A stretch of DNA of 64,000 bases from Eubacteriales bacterium. GTDB lineage: Bacteria > Bacillota > Clostridia > Oscillospirales > CAG-272. The translations under genes and the position numbers were made by a program. How positions within the stretch are numbered: position 1 is the first letter of the stretch; every line of letters starts with the position of its first letter. The stretch covers positions 30,992-94,991 of the forward strand of contig JAZKZO010000003.1 of assembly GCA_045612665.1 (NCBI GenBank). The letters run 5' to 3'. Below are positions 26,748 to 35,028 of the stretch, piece by piece. The notes beneath the pieces were generated by a model, which saw nothing but the letters and a program-made list of their open reading frames with translations, had not been told where the DNA came from and did not search any database.

Positions 26748-28901
26748 TTATTGTAAAAGTGTTATTGTGGTAATAAGCATTACAAGAAGCCAAATTGCGT
26801 AATATCCAACAATTAAAAGCGAGCTTATAAAGGAGATAGCTCCAAACATACTCATACCGATAAGCACCGCTCCGATAATGGAAGCGATTACACTTACAAC
26901 GAGTCCAACCTTTCTAATTTTTGAAATGTTTTTACAAACAGGGATCGCCTTAATAAGCGACTTTGAGTGTCCCTTTGAAACGACACCGCTATCAGCCTTT
27001 TCAAGGACAGCCGGAATTTCATCCTGCTTTGTGAGTCTTATAACACGCAAATCCGCCTTTTTGAGGCTCGACTGACGTCTTATAAGGTCATTGTTTATGT
27101 TAGGGTCAAAGGTTCTAATACCAACACAAACGTCGTTTCTATTAAGGTTTTTGACGGTTTGAGTAAAATCGTCATCCATTTCATATTTAATATGCATTCT
27201 CGCACAAAGCTTACCGTTGCAAGCCATATACATTATGCTAACGTCCTCGTCAAGCTCCTCTCTTTCGTTTGGAACGTCAATGCCTTGCGAGGTGATGCCG
27301 TATCTATCGGCAAAAATTATCGTATCGTTATCAACCTTTACGCAAAGATAACTTCTACCCGAGCATACAAATCTAGAACGCTTGCTTTTTGTGAAGGCCT
27401 CGTTTGTAGCAAGCTCAAACACCTCGGAAAGAGGTCCTCCTACTGTATTAAAGCCGTTTGATGCGTAATAAAGAATTTTTTCGAGTGTGTAATCGTTATA
27501 TACATCAAGATTTTGAAGCTTTACGTTATACGGTGGGAATGCGGTTGTATCGTTTACGGACACTGCCTTAGAGCCGGAATATTCGTCGATAGTATCCTCA
27601 CCGACGATTGTAGTTTCCTCCTCGTAAAGGCGTTTATTTCCTATAAGGAAAGGAACGCTAAACATAAATAATACGCCAACAGGCATAACCATCATAGCGC
27701 CCGAGAACCAACTTGACATAGCTAGCATAAAGGCTTCTCCACGGAAGATGGAGATAATTGACATAATAAGAGGAACGCAAATTGCAAGCACGTAATAAGG
27801 ATACATAACCTTCATTGTGCTTACGCTTCTATTGGTTCTTGCAAAATACTTCTTTACAAATTCCGCCTTGTCAATTCTAATAAGGTCTCCGACAAAGTCC
27901 TTTGAAGCGGTTGAGAAAGCCTCGGTTTCAGCCTCGGAATCATCGGTTGAAACCTTATTAAGAACGAACTTTGAGTCCTTAGAGGAAACGATGCTAAAGC
28001 TATATCTTTCTCTTACAACGTTTATGTAGGAGAAAGCAATTGACATAAGACAAATTATTGCAACCGGGAAGTTAAAGAATACGGGTGCAATTGAGTTTGG
28101 AATATAGTAGAAAGGAATAAAAATTATTGTGAATATCGAGTAAAGAATGCTTGCGCCCACGGCAAATACCGATATTGCCTCGGGAATAAATTCTTTTGAA
28201 ATAATAGATTTCACTCCGTGATAAAGCTGCTCATATGCACAAACCGCGGAAAGCACTACGAGCACGAAATCAACAAGAAAATGCGCATAAGGGTGTGCTA
28301 TCGCGCTAAAGATACCGGTTGGGTTTTTAGAAAAGAGCGTTATGTTTTCAACAAAGAGTAAAAACAGTGCAATTATGCCCGAAAGAATCATCTTTGTTCT
28401 TATGCTTCTCTTGGCATATTTGTACATTCCCATTATTTCTTTTCTCTGCTGACGGTCGGTGTACTCATAATAATCAGAGTGAATATCTCCCTGAAGAGAT
28501 TCAATTTCAGCAGTTGAAGGATTAAGAGAATCGTCTATATTAAGAGATTTACCCGATTTATCGGCAATTCCGAACGCCTTCATAAAATCGTGCTCTCCAC
28601 GAGTGGTATTAGCATAAGCCTCATCATATTCGATTTGCTCGTGCTCCTGTGGCTTGAAGGCGTGCTGTGTCCACTCTGACATAGGAGTTTTTTTCGCCTT
28701 TTGAGATTGAACTCCCACATCAGATGCGCGCTCAAAAACCTCAACGTCAGGAGAAATAAGCTCAACGTCGTCCTCTATTTCCTCAAAAGCTTCAATTTTT
28801 GAAGCCTCTGGTATGTCTTGAATTTCCTCTTGATACTCAAGCTTCTCAGGCTCTTCTCCAAGAGTAACATCCATTTCTATTTGGTCGTACTTTTCTTCCA
28901 T
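26748..28901 (-). CDS. P1B-type-ATPase-like membrane protein with all catalytic motifs degenerate (predicted pseudo-ATPase); acidic N-terminal domain
   Basis: 717 aa. The topology and motif spacing match heavy-metal P-type ATPases, but CPC is MPV (406-408), DKTGT is NDTTA (450-454), TGDN is TFDPN (597-601), and GDGxNDxPAL..ADVGIA is TKQDEIPAVLEKADSGVV (624-641). No TGES is present in the shortened A-domain region. Confidence 0.5.
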   Translation of the reverse strand: MEEKYDQIEMDVTLGEEPEKLEYQEEIQDIPEASKIEAFEEIEDDVELISPDVEVFERASDVGVQSQKAKKTPMSEWTQHAFKPQEHEQIEYDEAYANTTRGEHDFMKAFGIADKSGKSLNIDDSLNPSTAEIESLQGDIHSDYYEYTDRQQRKEIMGMYKYAKRSIRTKMILSGIIALFLLFVENITLFSKNPTGIFSAIAHPYAHFLVDFVLVVLSAVCAYEQLYHGVKSIISKEFIPEAISVFAVGASILYSIFTIIFIPFYYIPNSIAPVFFNFPVAIICLMSIAFSYINVVRERYSFSIVSSKDSKFVLNKVSTDDSEAETEAFSTASKDFVGDLIRIDKAEFVKKYFARTNRSVSTMKVMYPYYVLAICVPLIMSIISIFRGEAFMLAMSSWFSGAMMVMPVGVLFMFSVPFLIGNKRLYEEETTIVGEDTIDEYSGSKAVSVNDTTAFPPYNVKLQNLDVYNDYTLEKILYYASNGFNTVGGPLSEVFELATNEAFTKSKRSRFVCSGRSYLCVKVDNDTIIFADRYGITSQGIDVPNEREELDEDVSIMYMACNGKLCARMHIKYEMDDDFTQTVKNLNRNDVCVGIRTFDPNINNDLIRRQSSLKKADLRVIRLTKQDEIPAVLEKADSGVVSKGHSKSLIKAIPVCKNISKIRKVGLVVSVIASIIGAVLIGMSMFGAISFISSLLIVGYYAIWLLVMLITTITLLQ

Positions 28902-28910
28902 TAGTCCTCC

Positions 28911-29768
28911 TTATTTATCCCCTCTTTGCATTCTTGCTGCGTGGCAAAGAATTACCGATGCGGCAGTAGAAACATTAAGAGAGTTAACCCTTCCATACAT
29001 AGGGATTGATATAATAAAGTCGCTTTTATCCTTTATAAGCTTACCAACGCCGTTTCCTTCAGAGCCAAGAACGATGGCACAGTGGCAATCGTAATCAACT
29101 GCATAATAAGGCTCTCCACCAGCCTCGCAGGAGAAAATCCATACGCCCTTTTTCTTTAGCTCCTCAATAGTTGTAGCGATGTTCGAAACCTTGGCAATCG
29201 CCACGTGCTCAATTGCACCGGCAGAGGATTTATAAACGGCAGGTGTAATTCCTACTGCATGGCGTTTAGGAATAATAATTCCATGCGCGCCCGCGCATTC
29301 TGCGCATCTAATAACCGCGCCAAGGTTATGAGGATCCTCAATGCAATCGGCAATAACAATAAACGCCTTTTCGTTTCTTTCTCTTGCTATTTCAAGAATT
29401 GTATCAACGTCAACGTAATCCTTAAGCGCTGCCATTGCAACAACACCTTGATGGTTAGCGCCCGAGCTCATAAAATCGAGCTTAGAGCCCTCAACCTCAA
29501 CAACGGGAATTCTCTTTTCAAGCGCTTGCGCAACAATCATTGTAAGAGATCCCTCGCGAGAGCCTTTTTTAACATAAAGCTTATCTATTGTTCTATCGGA
29601 TTTCAAAAGCTCGGAAACGGCATTTCTGCCAATGACAATACCGAGCTCGTCAATCTCGTCTCTTTCCTTAAAGATTTTCTCATTTTTTCTTTTAAAATCG
29701 CCCTTGGGAGCACCCTTCTTGTCAAATGAATTTTTGCCCTTTGGACGGTCATATCTTTTATTTTCCAT
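28911..29768 (-). CDS. rlmB: 23S rRNA (guanosine-2'-O)-methyltransferase, RlmB/TrmH (SpoU) family
   Basis: SPOUT motifs DPHNLGAVIR, LGSEGNG and SLNVS. The start is taken at the ATG 29768 (MENKRYDRP), which has a GGAG RBS. The longer track ORF (to 29894) runs through a terminator. Confidence 0.8.
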   Translation of the reverse strand: MENKRYDRPKGKNSFDKKGAPKGDFKRKNEKIFKERDEIDELGIVIGRNAVSELLKSDRTIDKLYVKKGSREGSLTMIVAQALEKRIPVVEVEGSKLDFMSSGANHQGVVAMAALKDYVDVDTILEIARERNEKAFIVIADCIEDPHNLGAVIRCAECAGAHGIIIPKRHAVGITPAVYKSSAGAIEHVAIAKVSNIATTIEELKKKGVWIFSCEAGGEPYYAVDYDCHCAIVLGSEGNGVGKLIKDKSDFIISIPMYGRVNSLNVSTAASVILCHAARMQRGDK

Positions 29769-29854
29769 AATTACTCCGTAAATACATAAATATACAGTTA
29801 CTATTATTTTAACATAAAGGTTAGAGTTTGTACAGTATTTTTCGCAAAAAATAC

Positions 29855-29885
29855 AAAAAACAGACCGGTTTGGTCTGTTTTTCAT
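29855..29885 (-). terminator. rho-independent terminator after the zinc-ribbon gene
   Basis: Hairpin CAGACC-GGTT-TGGTCTG (29861-29877) with T-runs on both strands. Confidence 0.7.
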
Positions 29886-29932
29886 AAATCTCAAATTAGT
29901 TTACAAAATATAATGCTTTATTTCATAGATAA

Positions 29933-30208
29933 TCATTGATTTTTCATTTGAGCGAAGCACTCACTGCAATATACAGGTCTGTCGCTATTAGGCTGGAAAG
30001 GAACCTTAGCTTCCCCACCGCATTGTGCACATACGGTAGTGAACATTTCCTTAGGAGCTTTAGCGGCATTCTTTCTTGCGTCTCTACAAGCCTTGCATCT
30101 CTGAGGCTCGTTTTGGAATCCCTTCTCCTGATAGAACTCCTGTTCACCTGCGGTAAACACGAACTCCTGTCCACAATCCTTACATGTTAATGTCTTGTCC
30201 TGAAACAT
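29933..30208 (-). CDS. zinc-ribbon protein with a CxxC-x17-CxxC domain
   Basis: 91 aa with two modules, CKDC..x..CKAC and CAQC-x17-CSEC. The spacing of exactly 17 residues was counted. Confidence 0.75.
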   Translation of the reverse strand: MFQDKTLTCKDCGQEFVFTAGEQEFYQEKGFQNEPQRCKACRDARKNAAKAPKEMFTTVCAQCGGEAKVPFQPNSDRPVYCSECFAQMKNQ

Positions 30209-30266
30209 CTCTCTTCTCCCCTTCAGGTATAAATTTATACCAAGCTTTCGCTGTAGTATTCTCTCT

Positions 30267-30809
30267 TTAAAGTCCGTTCAATTTTGCCTTAATCCTACAA
30301 ATAGCGTTATTTACAGATTTTTCAGTTTTGCCAATTTTAGATGAAATTTCTTTTCCCTTTTGTCCGGATGAATACATTTCAAATATCAAATATTCATAAC
30401 TCGACAAATGCGTCTTTGCAAGCTTATATAGCTCCTTTTGGTGCATTCGCTGTATCGCCTTATCCTGGATGTTTGCGGGGGTGGTTCCTTCGATTAGGGG
30501 ATCAGTTTTTTTAAGCCTCTTTTTTGAATTCAGCTCTCGAATACAAGAAACAAGTTTGTTTCTAACACAGACCTTTGCATATGCACCAAAGGTTCTGCCC
30601 TTGCTTTCGTCAAACGTCATAATAGCGTTATAGAAAGCAATTTTGGCCTCTTGAAGAAAATCCTCTCTATCCTTCAAGACCTCATGACACATATCCGAAT
30701 ATTTTTTGGACATACTAGTAAGCAAGCCCTGATATCTATCAAGCAAAGCCTCGAAAGCGGGATTATCGCCGTCCTTGGCAAAAGCAACAAGCTGCAAAAT
30801 TTCGTCCAT
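30267..30809 (-). CDS. sigma-70 family RNA polymerase sigma factor, SigH-like
   Basis: The region 2 (DREDFLQEAKIAFYNAIMTFDESKGRTFGAYAKVCVRN) and region 4 (GKEISSKIGKTEKSVNNAICRIKAKL) layout resembles Bacillus SigH. The start at 30809 (MDEIL) is set by a consensus promoter lying inside the longer track ORF. Confidence 0.65.
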   Translation of the reverse strand: MDEILQLVAFAKDGDNPAFEALLDRYQGLLTSMSKKYSDMCHEVLKDREDFLQEAKIAFYNAIMTFDESKGRTFGAYAKVCVRNKLVSCIRELNSKKRLKKTDPLIEGTTPANIQDKAIQRMHQKELYKLAKTHLSSYEYLIFEMYSSGQKGKEISSKIGKTEKSVNNAICRIKAKLNGL

Positions 30810-30830
30810 AAATACTCCATTCATAAAAAT

Positions 30831-30858
30831 ATTATAACACAAAATATATACTTGTCAA
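30831..30858 (-). promoter_or_regulatory. sigma-A-type promoter of the sigma factor gene
   Basis: On the minus strand, TTGACA (30858-30853), a 16-nt spacer and TATAAT (30836-30831). Confidence 0.65.
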
Positions 30859-30880
30859 GAAGTTTTTTGCATTTTTTAAA

Positions 30881-30918
30881 AAAATTACACAAAAAATGCG
30901 ATTTTTTTGTGTAATTTT
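30881..30918 (-). terminator. AT-rich 16-bp perfect hairpin, probable terminator of the DUF4364-like gene
   Basis: AAAATTACACAAAAAA-TGCGAT-TTTTTTGTGTAATTTT. On the minus strand it is followed by a T-run. Confidence 0.55.
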
Positions 30919-30937
30919 CACAAATTGTAAAAAATTC

Positions 30938-31495
30938 TCATTCAAAAATATAATTTGTTTCTCCCGAAACGAGAGCAAGAGTTCCTCTAAAAACTATTTC
31001 AGGTCTTCTTCTAAAGTTGAATAGCATTTTATCCGCCTCAAGCTTCGAGTCAACCTCAACGTCAATATTTAAAACCTTTCTACCAAACTCGGTTATTTCA
31101 CAATGCACCATATATTTGCCGTTTTCCTGAAGTCTATGATAGCAATCGAGTCTTGCGCCACGCTTTTGGAACGAAAGGTGTCTTATAGCGCTTCTATAGC
31201 TTGACTCTCTTATACTTGGAAGAATTGTATCGCTAAGCTCAACGGCAATGGTCTTACCCGTCGAGGAAACCACGTAAAGGCTCTCTCCGAGCTCATCCTT
31301 GGCAACCTCAAGCACGTGTCCTGCATCAACAAGCTCACCAAAGCAGTCTCCACCGTCAAAATAGCTAACTACGTTTTCTTGGTGCAAAATGCTACACACA
31401 TCAGAAAACTTTACAGGATAACCTATTCTCTCCATAAGGTACAAAATAAAAATTTTTATTTCGTTTTTATCAGTCATCGGAATGTCCATTTTCAT
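30938..31495 (-). CDS. DUF4364-like protein (putative winged-helix regulator family of Clostridia)
   Basis: The N-terminus KNEIKIFILYLMERIGYPVKFSDV resembles DUF4364 members. The start is chosen at the ATG 31495 after an AGGAG RBS. Confidence 0.5.
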   Translation of the reverse strand: MKMDIPMTDKNEIKIFILYLMERIGYPVKFSDVCSILHQENVVSYFDGGDCFGELVDAGHVLEVAKDELGESLYVVSSTGKTIAVELSDTILPSIRESSYRSAIRHLSFQKRGARLDCYHRLQENGKYMVHCEITEFGRKVLNIDVEVDSKLEADKMLFNFRRRPEIVFRGTLALVSGETNYIFE

Positions 31496-31591
31496 ACTCC
31501 TATCCAAAACGATTTTATATATGATACCATATTTTTCGCATTTAATCAACTAAAATTTTTATTTTTTACATATTTTGACAGGTGGTAAGTT

Positions 31592-32437
31592 ATGGAATGC
31601 GAAAAAAGAACGGATTTGGCGCTTGATAATGCTTCGGTTTTAAAAAATCAAAAAAGCAAGGATTGGGAGATGCACAGTTATTATTTACATGGAGTTGAAT
31701 GCATAAGAGTTGACATATTGACCAAAAAAGGAGAAAGTGCCTACAAAAGGAAAATAGGCACTTATATCACTTTAGTATGTGGCAAAATAGAATTTTTGGA
31801 CGAAACGAATTTGGAGAATGTAGCGCAAGCCTTATGCGATTGCATCAAAGAATTATACAAATCAGAAACACAGGATCGGTCATTTTTGATCGTGGGGCTT
31901 GGAAATAGGCTTATGCGCTCAGACTCTCTCGGTCCAAGCTGTATAGAAAAAATAGGACTTTACGAGAGCAAGGGTAAGCTTTATTTGCTCTCGCCGGGCG
32001 TAGCCTCTCAAAGTGGAATTGAAAGCAAGGAACTAATAAAATGTGCAATTTCAGCCACAGGTGCGACTAATTTAATATTAATAGACTCACTTGCAACAAG
32101 CTCTATTGACAGGCTTTGCTCTACAATTCAAATTTCAAGCACAGGCTTATGTCCGGGCTCAGGCACAAACGGCTCACGCGAAAGGATAAGCGAGGAGGAG
32201 CTTGGTATCCCTATTATATCGATAGGTGTGCCCACGGTGATTAGTGGTACAGGAATAATTTTAGACGCAATTAGCGAGTGTAATATAGAAAAAGTGCCCA
32301 CCTGTGTTTATAATTTTGCAAATAATCACTCTTCTCTTTTGGTTTCTCCAAGCGAAATAGATATTATAATTTCTTCGGCTAGCGAGGTAATTTCAAAGGC
32401 AATCATTGAGTCAACAAAAAATCCACTACAAGCGTAG
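31592..32437 (+). CDS. gpr: spore germination protease GPR (peptidase A25)
   Basis: Contains RTDLALD, IVGLGNRLMRSDSLGP, IDSLATSSIDRLCSTIQISSTGLCPGSG and LGIPIISIGVPTVI, which align with the Bacillus megaterium GPR motifs. Confidence 0.85.
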   Translation: MECEKRTDLALDNASVLKNQKSKDWEMHSYYLHGVECIRVDILTKKGESAYKRKIGTYITLVCGKIEFLDETNLENVAQALCDCIKELYKSETQDRSFLIVGLGNRLMRSDSLGPSCIEKIGLYESKGKLYLLSPGVASQSGIESKELIKCAISATGATNLILIDSLATSSIDRLCSTIQISSTGLCPGSGTNGSRERISEEELGIPIISIGVPTVISGTGIILDAISECNIEKVPTCVYNFANNHSSLLVSPSEIDIIISSASEVISKAIIESTKNPLQA

Positions 32438-32448
32438 TGGATTTGTTT

Positions 32449-33210
32449 TTAGATATCGGGGCTATCGTTAAAGCCGATTATTCTTCTTGTAACAGTTACG
32501 GAAACATCAGCCTCATCAGCTAAGATTTTAACGAACACGTGCTCGTAATCGTCGGATTTTACAGTATAGGTAATTTCAGAATTCGCATCAAACTCGGCGA
32601 GAATTTCGCTCTCCGAGGTTATTACAATTTTAGCATCGTCCTTAGACACATTACTTTGTGCTTTTATTGTTAAAACAATATAAGCATCCTCAGCATATGA
32701 AGCGGAAACGGTTCTTATTCCGCTCATATTTGTAGCTTCAAAATAGCATTCGCCATAATCGTACGGTATATAATCATAATCGACCTGGCTATAATCATGG
32801 CCGTTAGTGATAAACTTATAAGAGGAAGCAATACAGTAGCTATCTTTTGTGAGTATTTGCTTTTCGGTTAAATCGGAAATTTCAAAGCTTTCGTCAATAT
32901 CAATTTCCTCTTCTTTTGTAAGAAAATAATCCATCAAGGCTATTCCGCCAGCCAAAATAAGACACGCAGTATAAAAGCCCGCCAAGCACAAAAGAACGAT
33001 ATACCAAACCTTCCATTTTTTGCGCTTTTTCTTAAGCTTTTCTTTTCGTGCAAGAGCCTTCTCGTCCAAAACAGGAGCTTCGGAAACTGACTCCTCTACA
33101 TTCAAGGAAGATTTCTGTTCTAAATTCTCTTTCAAATCACTTTCTTGCTCGCAGGAAGCTACTTCTTCAATTTTTTCTTTTTCGCACTCGAGAAAATTCT
33201 CATTATCCAT
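32449..33210 (-). CDS. hypothetical single-pass membrane protein with an acidic/Lys-rich cytoplasmic N-terminus
   Basis: The start is taken at the ATG 33210, after a GGAGG RBS. One TM helix (WYIVLLCLAGFYTACLILAGGIAL). I do not recognise the extracytoplasmic domain. Confidence 0.45.
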   Translation of the reverse strand: MDNENFLECEKEKIEEVASCEQESDLKENLEQKSSLNVEESVSEAPVLDEKALARKEKLKKKRKKWKVWYIVLLCLAGFYTACLILAGGIALMDYFLTKEEEIDIDESFEISDLTEKQILTKDSYCIASSYKFITNGHDYSQVDYDYIPYDYGECYFEATNMSGIRTVSASYAEDAYIVLTIKAQSNVSKDDAKIVITSESEILAEFDANSEITYTVKSDDYEHVFVKILADEADVSVTVTRRIIGFNDSPDI

Positions 33211-33271
33211 AGTAAGCCTCCTTAACAAAGCTCTTTTTTTATATTTTATCACAAAAAATCGACAATGTCAA

Positions 33272-33300
33272 CAAAAAAGCACCTTTAAACGGTGCTTTTC
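33272..33300 (-). terminator. rho-independent terminator of the AEC transporter gene
   Basis: Hairpin AGCACC-TTTAAAC-GGTGCT (33278-33296) with a T-run on the minus strand. Confidence 0.7.
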
Positions 33301-33304
33301 ATAT

Positions 33305-34249
33305 TTATGAAAAAATAGAATTGAGAATACTCATAAATAGTGGCATTGTAGCCATAGACAAAATAGACGACATTCCTGCACAAACCGCAGCTCTCTTCTT
33401 GTCTATTTCATACAATTCCCCAAACATAACAGCCGAGGTGGCGGTTGGCATTGCGAAAACGATTGCCATGAAAAATACATACGTTGTGTCAAAGCCAAGA
33501 AGCCAAGTGATTACGGTTATAACGGCAGGGGCAACGATTAGCCTTAAAAAGCATACATAGTAAACCTTCAAATCGCAAAATAGGTCTTTAAGGGAAACGG
33601 TAGCTATAAGAGAGCCCGTTATTATCATAGAAAGAGGTGTACAAATTCCACCGATATAAGAAACGGCAGTTGATATAAATGCAGGCATTTGGAACGGCAA
33701 AACGAACAACAAAATTCCTATTATACAAGGCAATGTGCCAAAATTAAGAATAAGGGTTTTGGGATTTATCTTTATATCTTCTCTTTGACGGGCAAGAATG
33801 ATAATTCCCCAAGTCCACAAAAACAGGTTAAATGAAACCATAAAGAAGCTGGCATAAAAGAGTCCCTCTAATCCTAGCGCGCTTTCAACCAAAGGAAATC
33901 CAACAAAGCCACAGTTTCCAAAAATAATGGCAAATTCGGATATTTTCCTTTCATCAAGCTTTTTAAACTTGAAAACGGCAAAATATGCAATCACTGCAAC
34001 GATTGCGTGAAACACTATGCCGATTCCGAGTGTCATAAGACCTGTTAGAAGTCTTTGCGGCGAATATTCGACACTTATCATAGCACCGATAATCATAAAC
34101 GGCTGTCCAATTTTTATAACGATTGTAGACATAGCCTTCGAGACGCTCTCGTTTATGATTTTTGTTTTTCTAGCTATGTAGCCAACTGCGAGCATTATAA
34201 GCAACGCAAAAACAACCACATAAAATGCTCCTAAATTCATTTTAGCCAT
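33305..34249 (-). CDS. AEC (auxin efflux carrier) family transporter
   Basis: 314-aa 10-TM protein with the two-repeat architecture and N-terminus typical of AEC/malate-permease-like proteins. Confidence 0.7.
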   Translation of the reverse strand: MAKMNLGAFYVVVFALLIMLAVGYIARKTKIINESVSKAMSTIVIKIGQPFMIIGAMISVEYSPQRLLTGLMTLGIGIVFHAIVAVIAYFAVFKFKKLDERKISEFAIIFGNCGFVGFPLVESALGLEGLFYASFFMVSFNLFLWTWGIIILARQREDIKINPKTLILNFGTLPCIIGILLFVLPFQMPAFISTAVSYIGGICTPLSMIITGSLIATVSLKDLFCDLKVYYVCFLRLIVAPAVITVITWLLGFDTTYVFFMAIVFAMPTATSAVMFGELYEIDKKRAAVCAGMSSILSMATMPLFMSILNSIFS

Positions 34250-34294
34250 CCCTTTTCTTAGTTTTCAATTGATTGTATCACTTTTACTTTAAAA

Positions 34295-34840
34295 TTACAA
34301 TAGATTTGACAAATTTTCAACAGGATTTTTTTCACATATCTGCTGACATTCCTCCTCAATTTTAGAAATCAAGGTGTTTTTCATTTTTTCTCCGTACTCG
34401 CCAAGAAATGCATATTTTATATCCTTTGGATATATTCCGACGAGCAAAAGATAGTATTTTCCGTTATTTTTATCGTAGTAAGCTTTGGCAAATATATTAT
34501 ATCTGCTATTTTCAAGACGTCTGCAAAGCAAGCAAAGATTATGTAAATTTTCAAATAGATAAAGCACCATTTGTGATGCTTCCTTTTTGGATTTTTGCAC
34601 ATTTGCTTTAACTTGTTTTGTAACAAAAATATCACATGCTCCGTCCTTGGCAATGAAAATCTCCGTTGACACTTTATCTCTTTCGAAATCTATTTCCGAC
34701 CTTAAATTCGACCGTAAAAGAAGCGTTTTGACGCTATTGCCAAGGCTTTCGCCCGAATTTTTTGATATTTCAAGCTTTTGTGCCTCCTCTACTGTCAGCG
34801 ATATTTTAAAGGAATCGCTTCCTATTTTTATTATTTCCAT
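34295..34840 (-). CDS. MecA-like adaptor protein
   Basis: The start MEIIKIGSDSFKISLTVEEA (ATG 34840, GAGG RBS) and the C-terminus YYLLLVG...LGEYGEK resemble the MecA N- and C-terminal patterns. The longer track ORF lacks an RBS. Confidence 0.45.
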   Translation of the reverse strand: MEIIKIGSDSFKISLTVEEAQKLEISKNSGESLGNSVKTLLLRSNLRSEIDFERDKVSTEIFIAKDGACDIFVTKQVKANVQKSKKEASQMVLYLFENLHNLCLLCRRLENSRYNIFAKAYYDKNNGKYYLLLVGIYPKDIKYAFLGEYGEKMKNTLISKIEEECQQICEKNPVENLSNLL

Positions 34841-35028
34841 ACTATACCTCGCAAAACAATGCTCTATATCATTATATATTTTTGGTATGTTTTTGTTCAA
34901 TGCAAAAATTATGGATTTTGTGGTTACTACTGCCTCAAAGGCTTGTTTTTTAGATTTATCAAGGTAATTTGGTATTTTTTGATAAGGCTTCAAATATGAT
35001 TTTAACAAAGAAAAAATTTGGAGGTATT

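Noticed and set aside
29205-29729. 174-aa plus-strand ORF inside rlmB
   Set aside because: It is an antisense shadow ORF with Asn/Cys/Arg-rich, unnatural composition.
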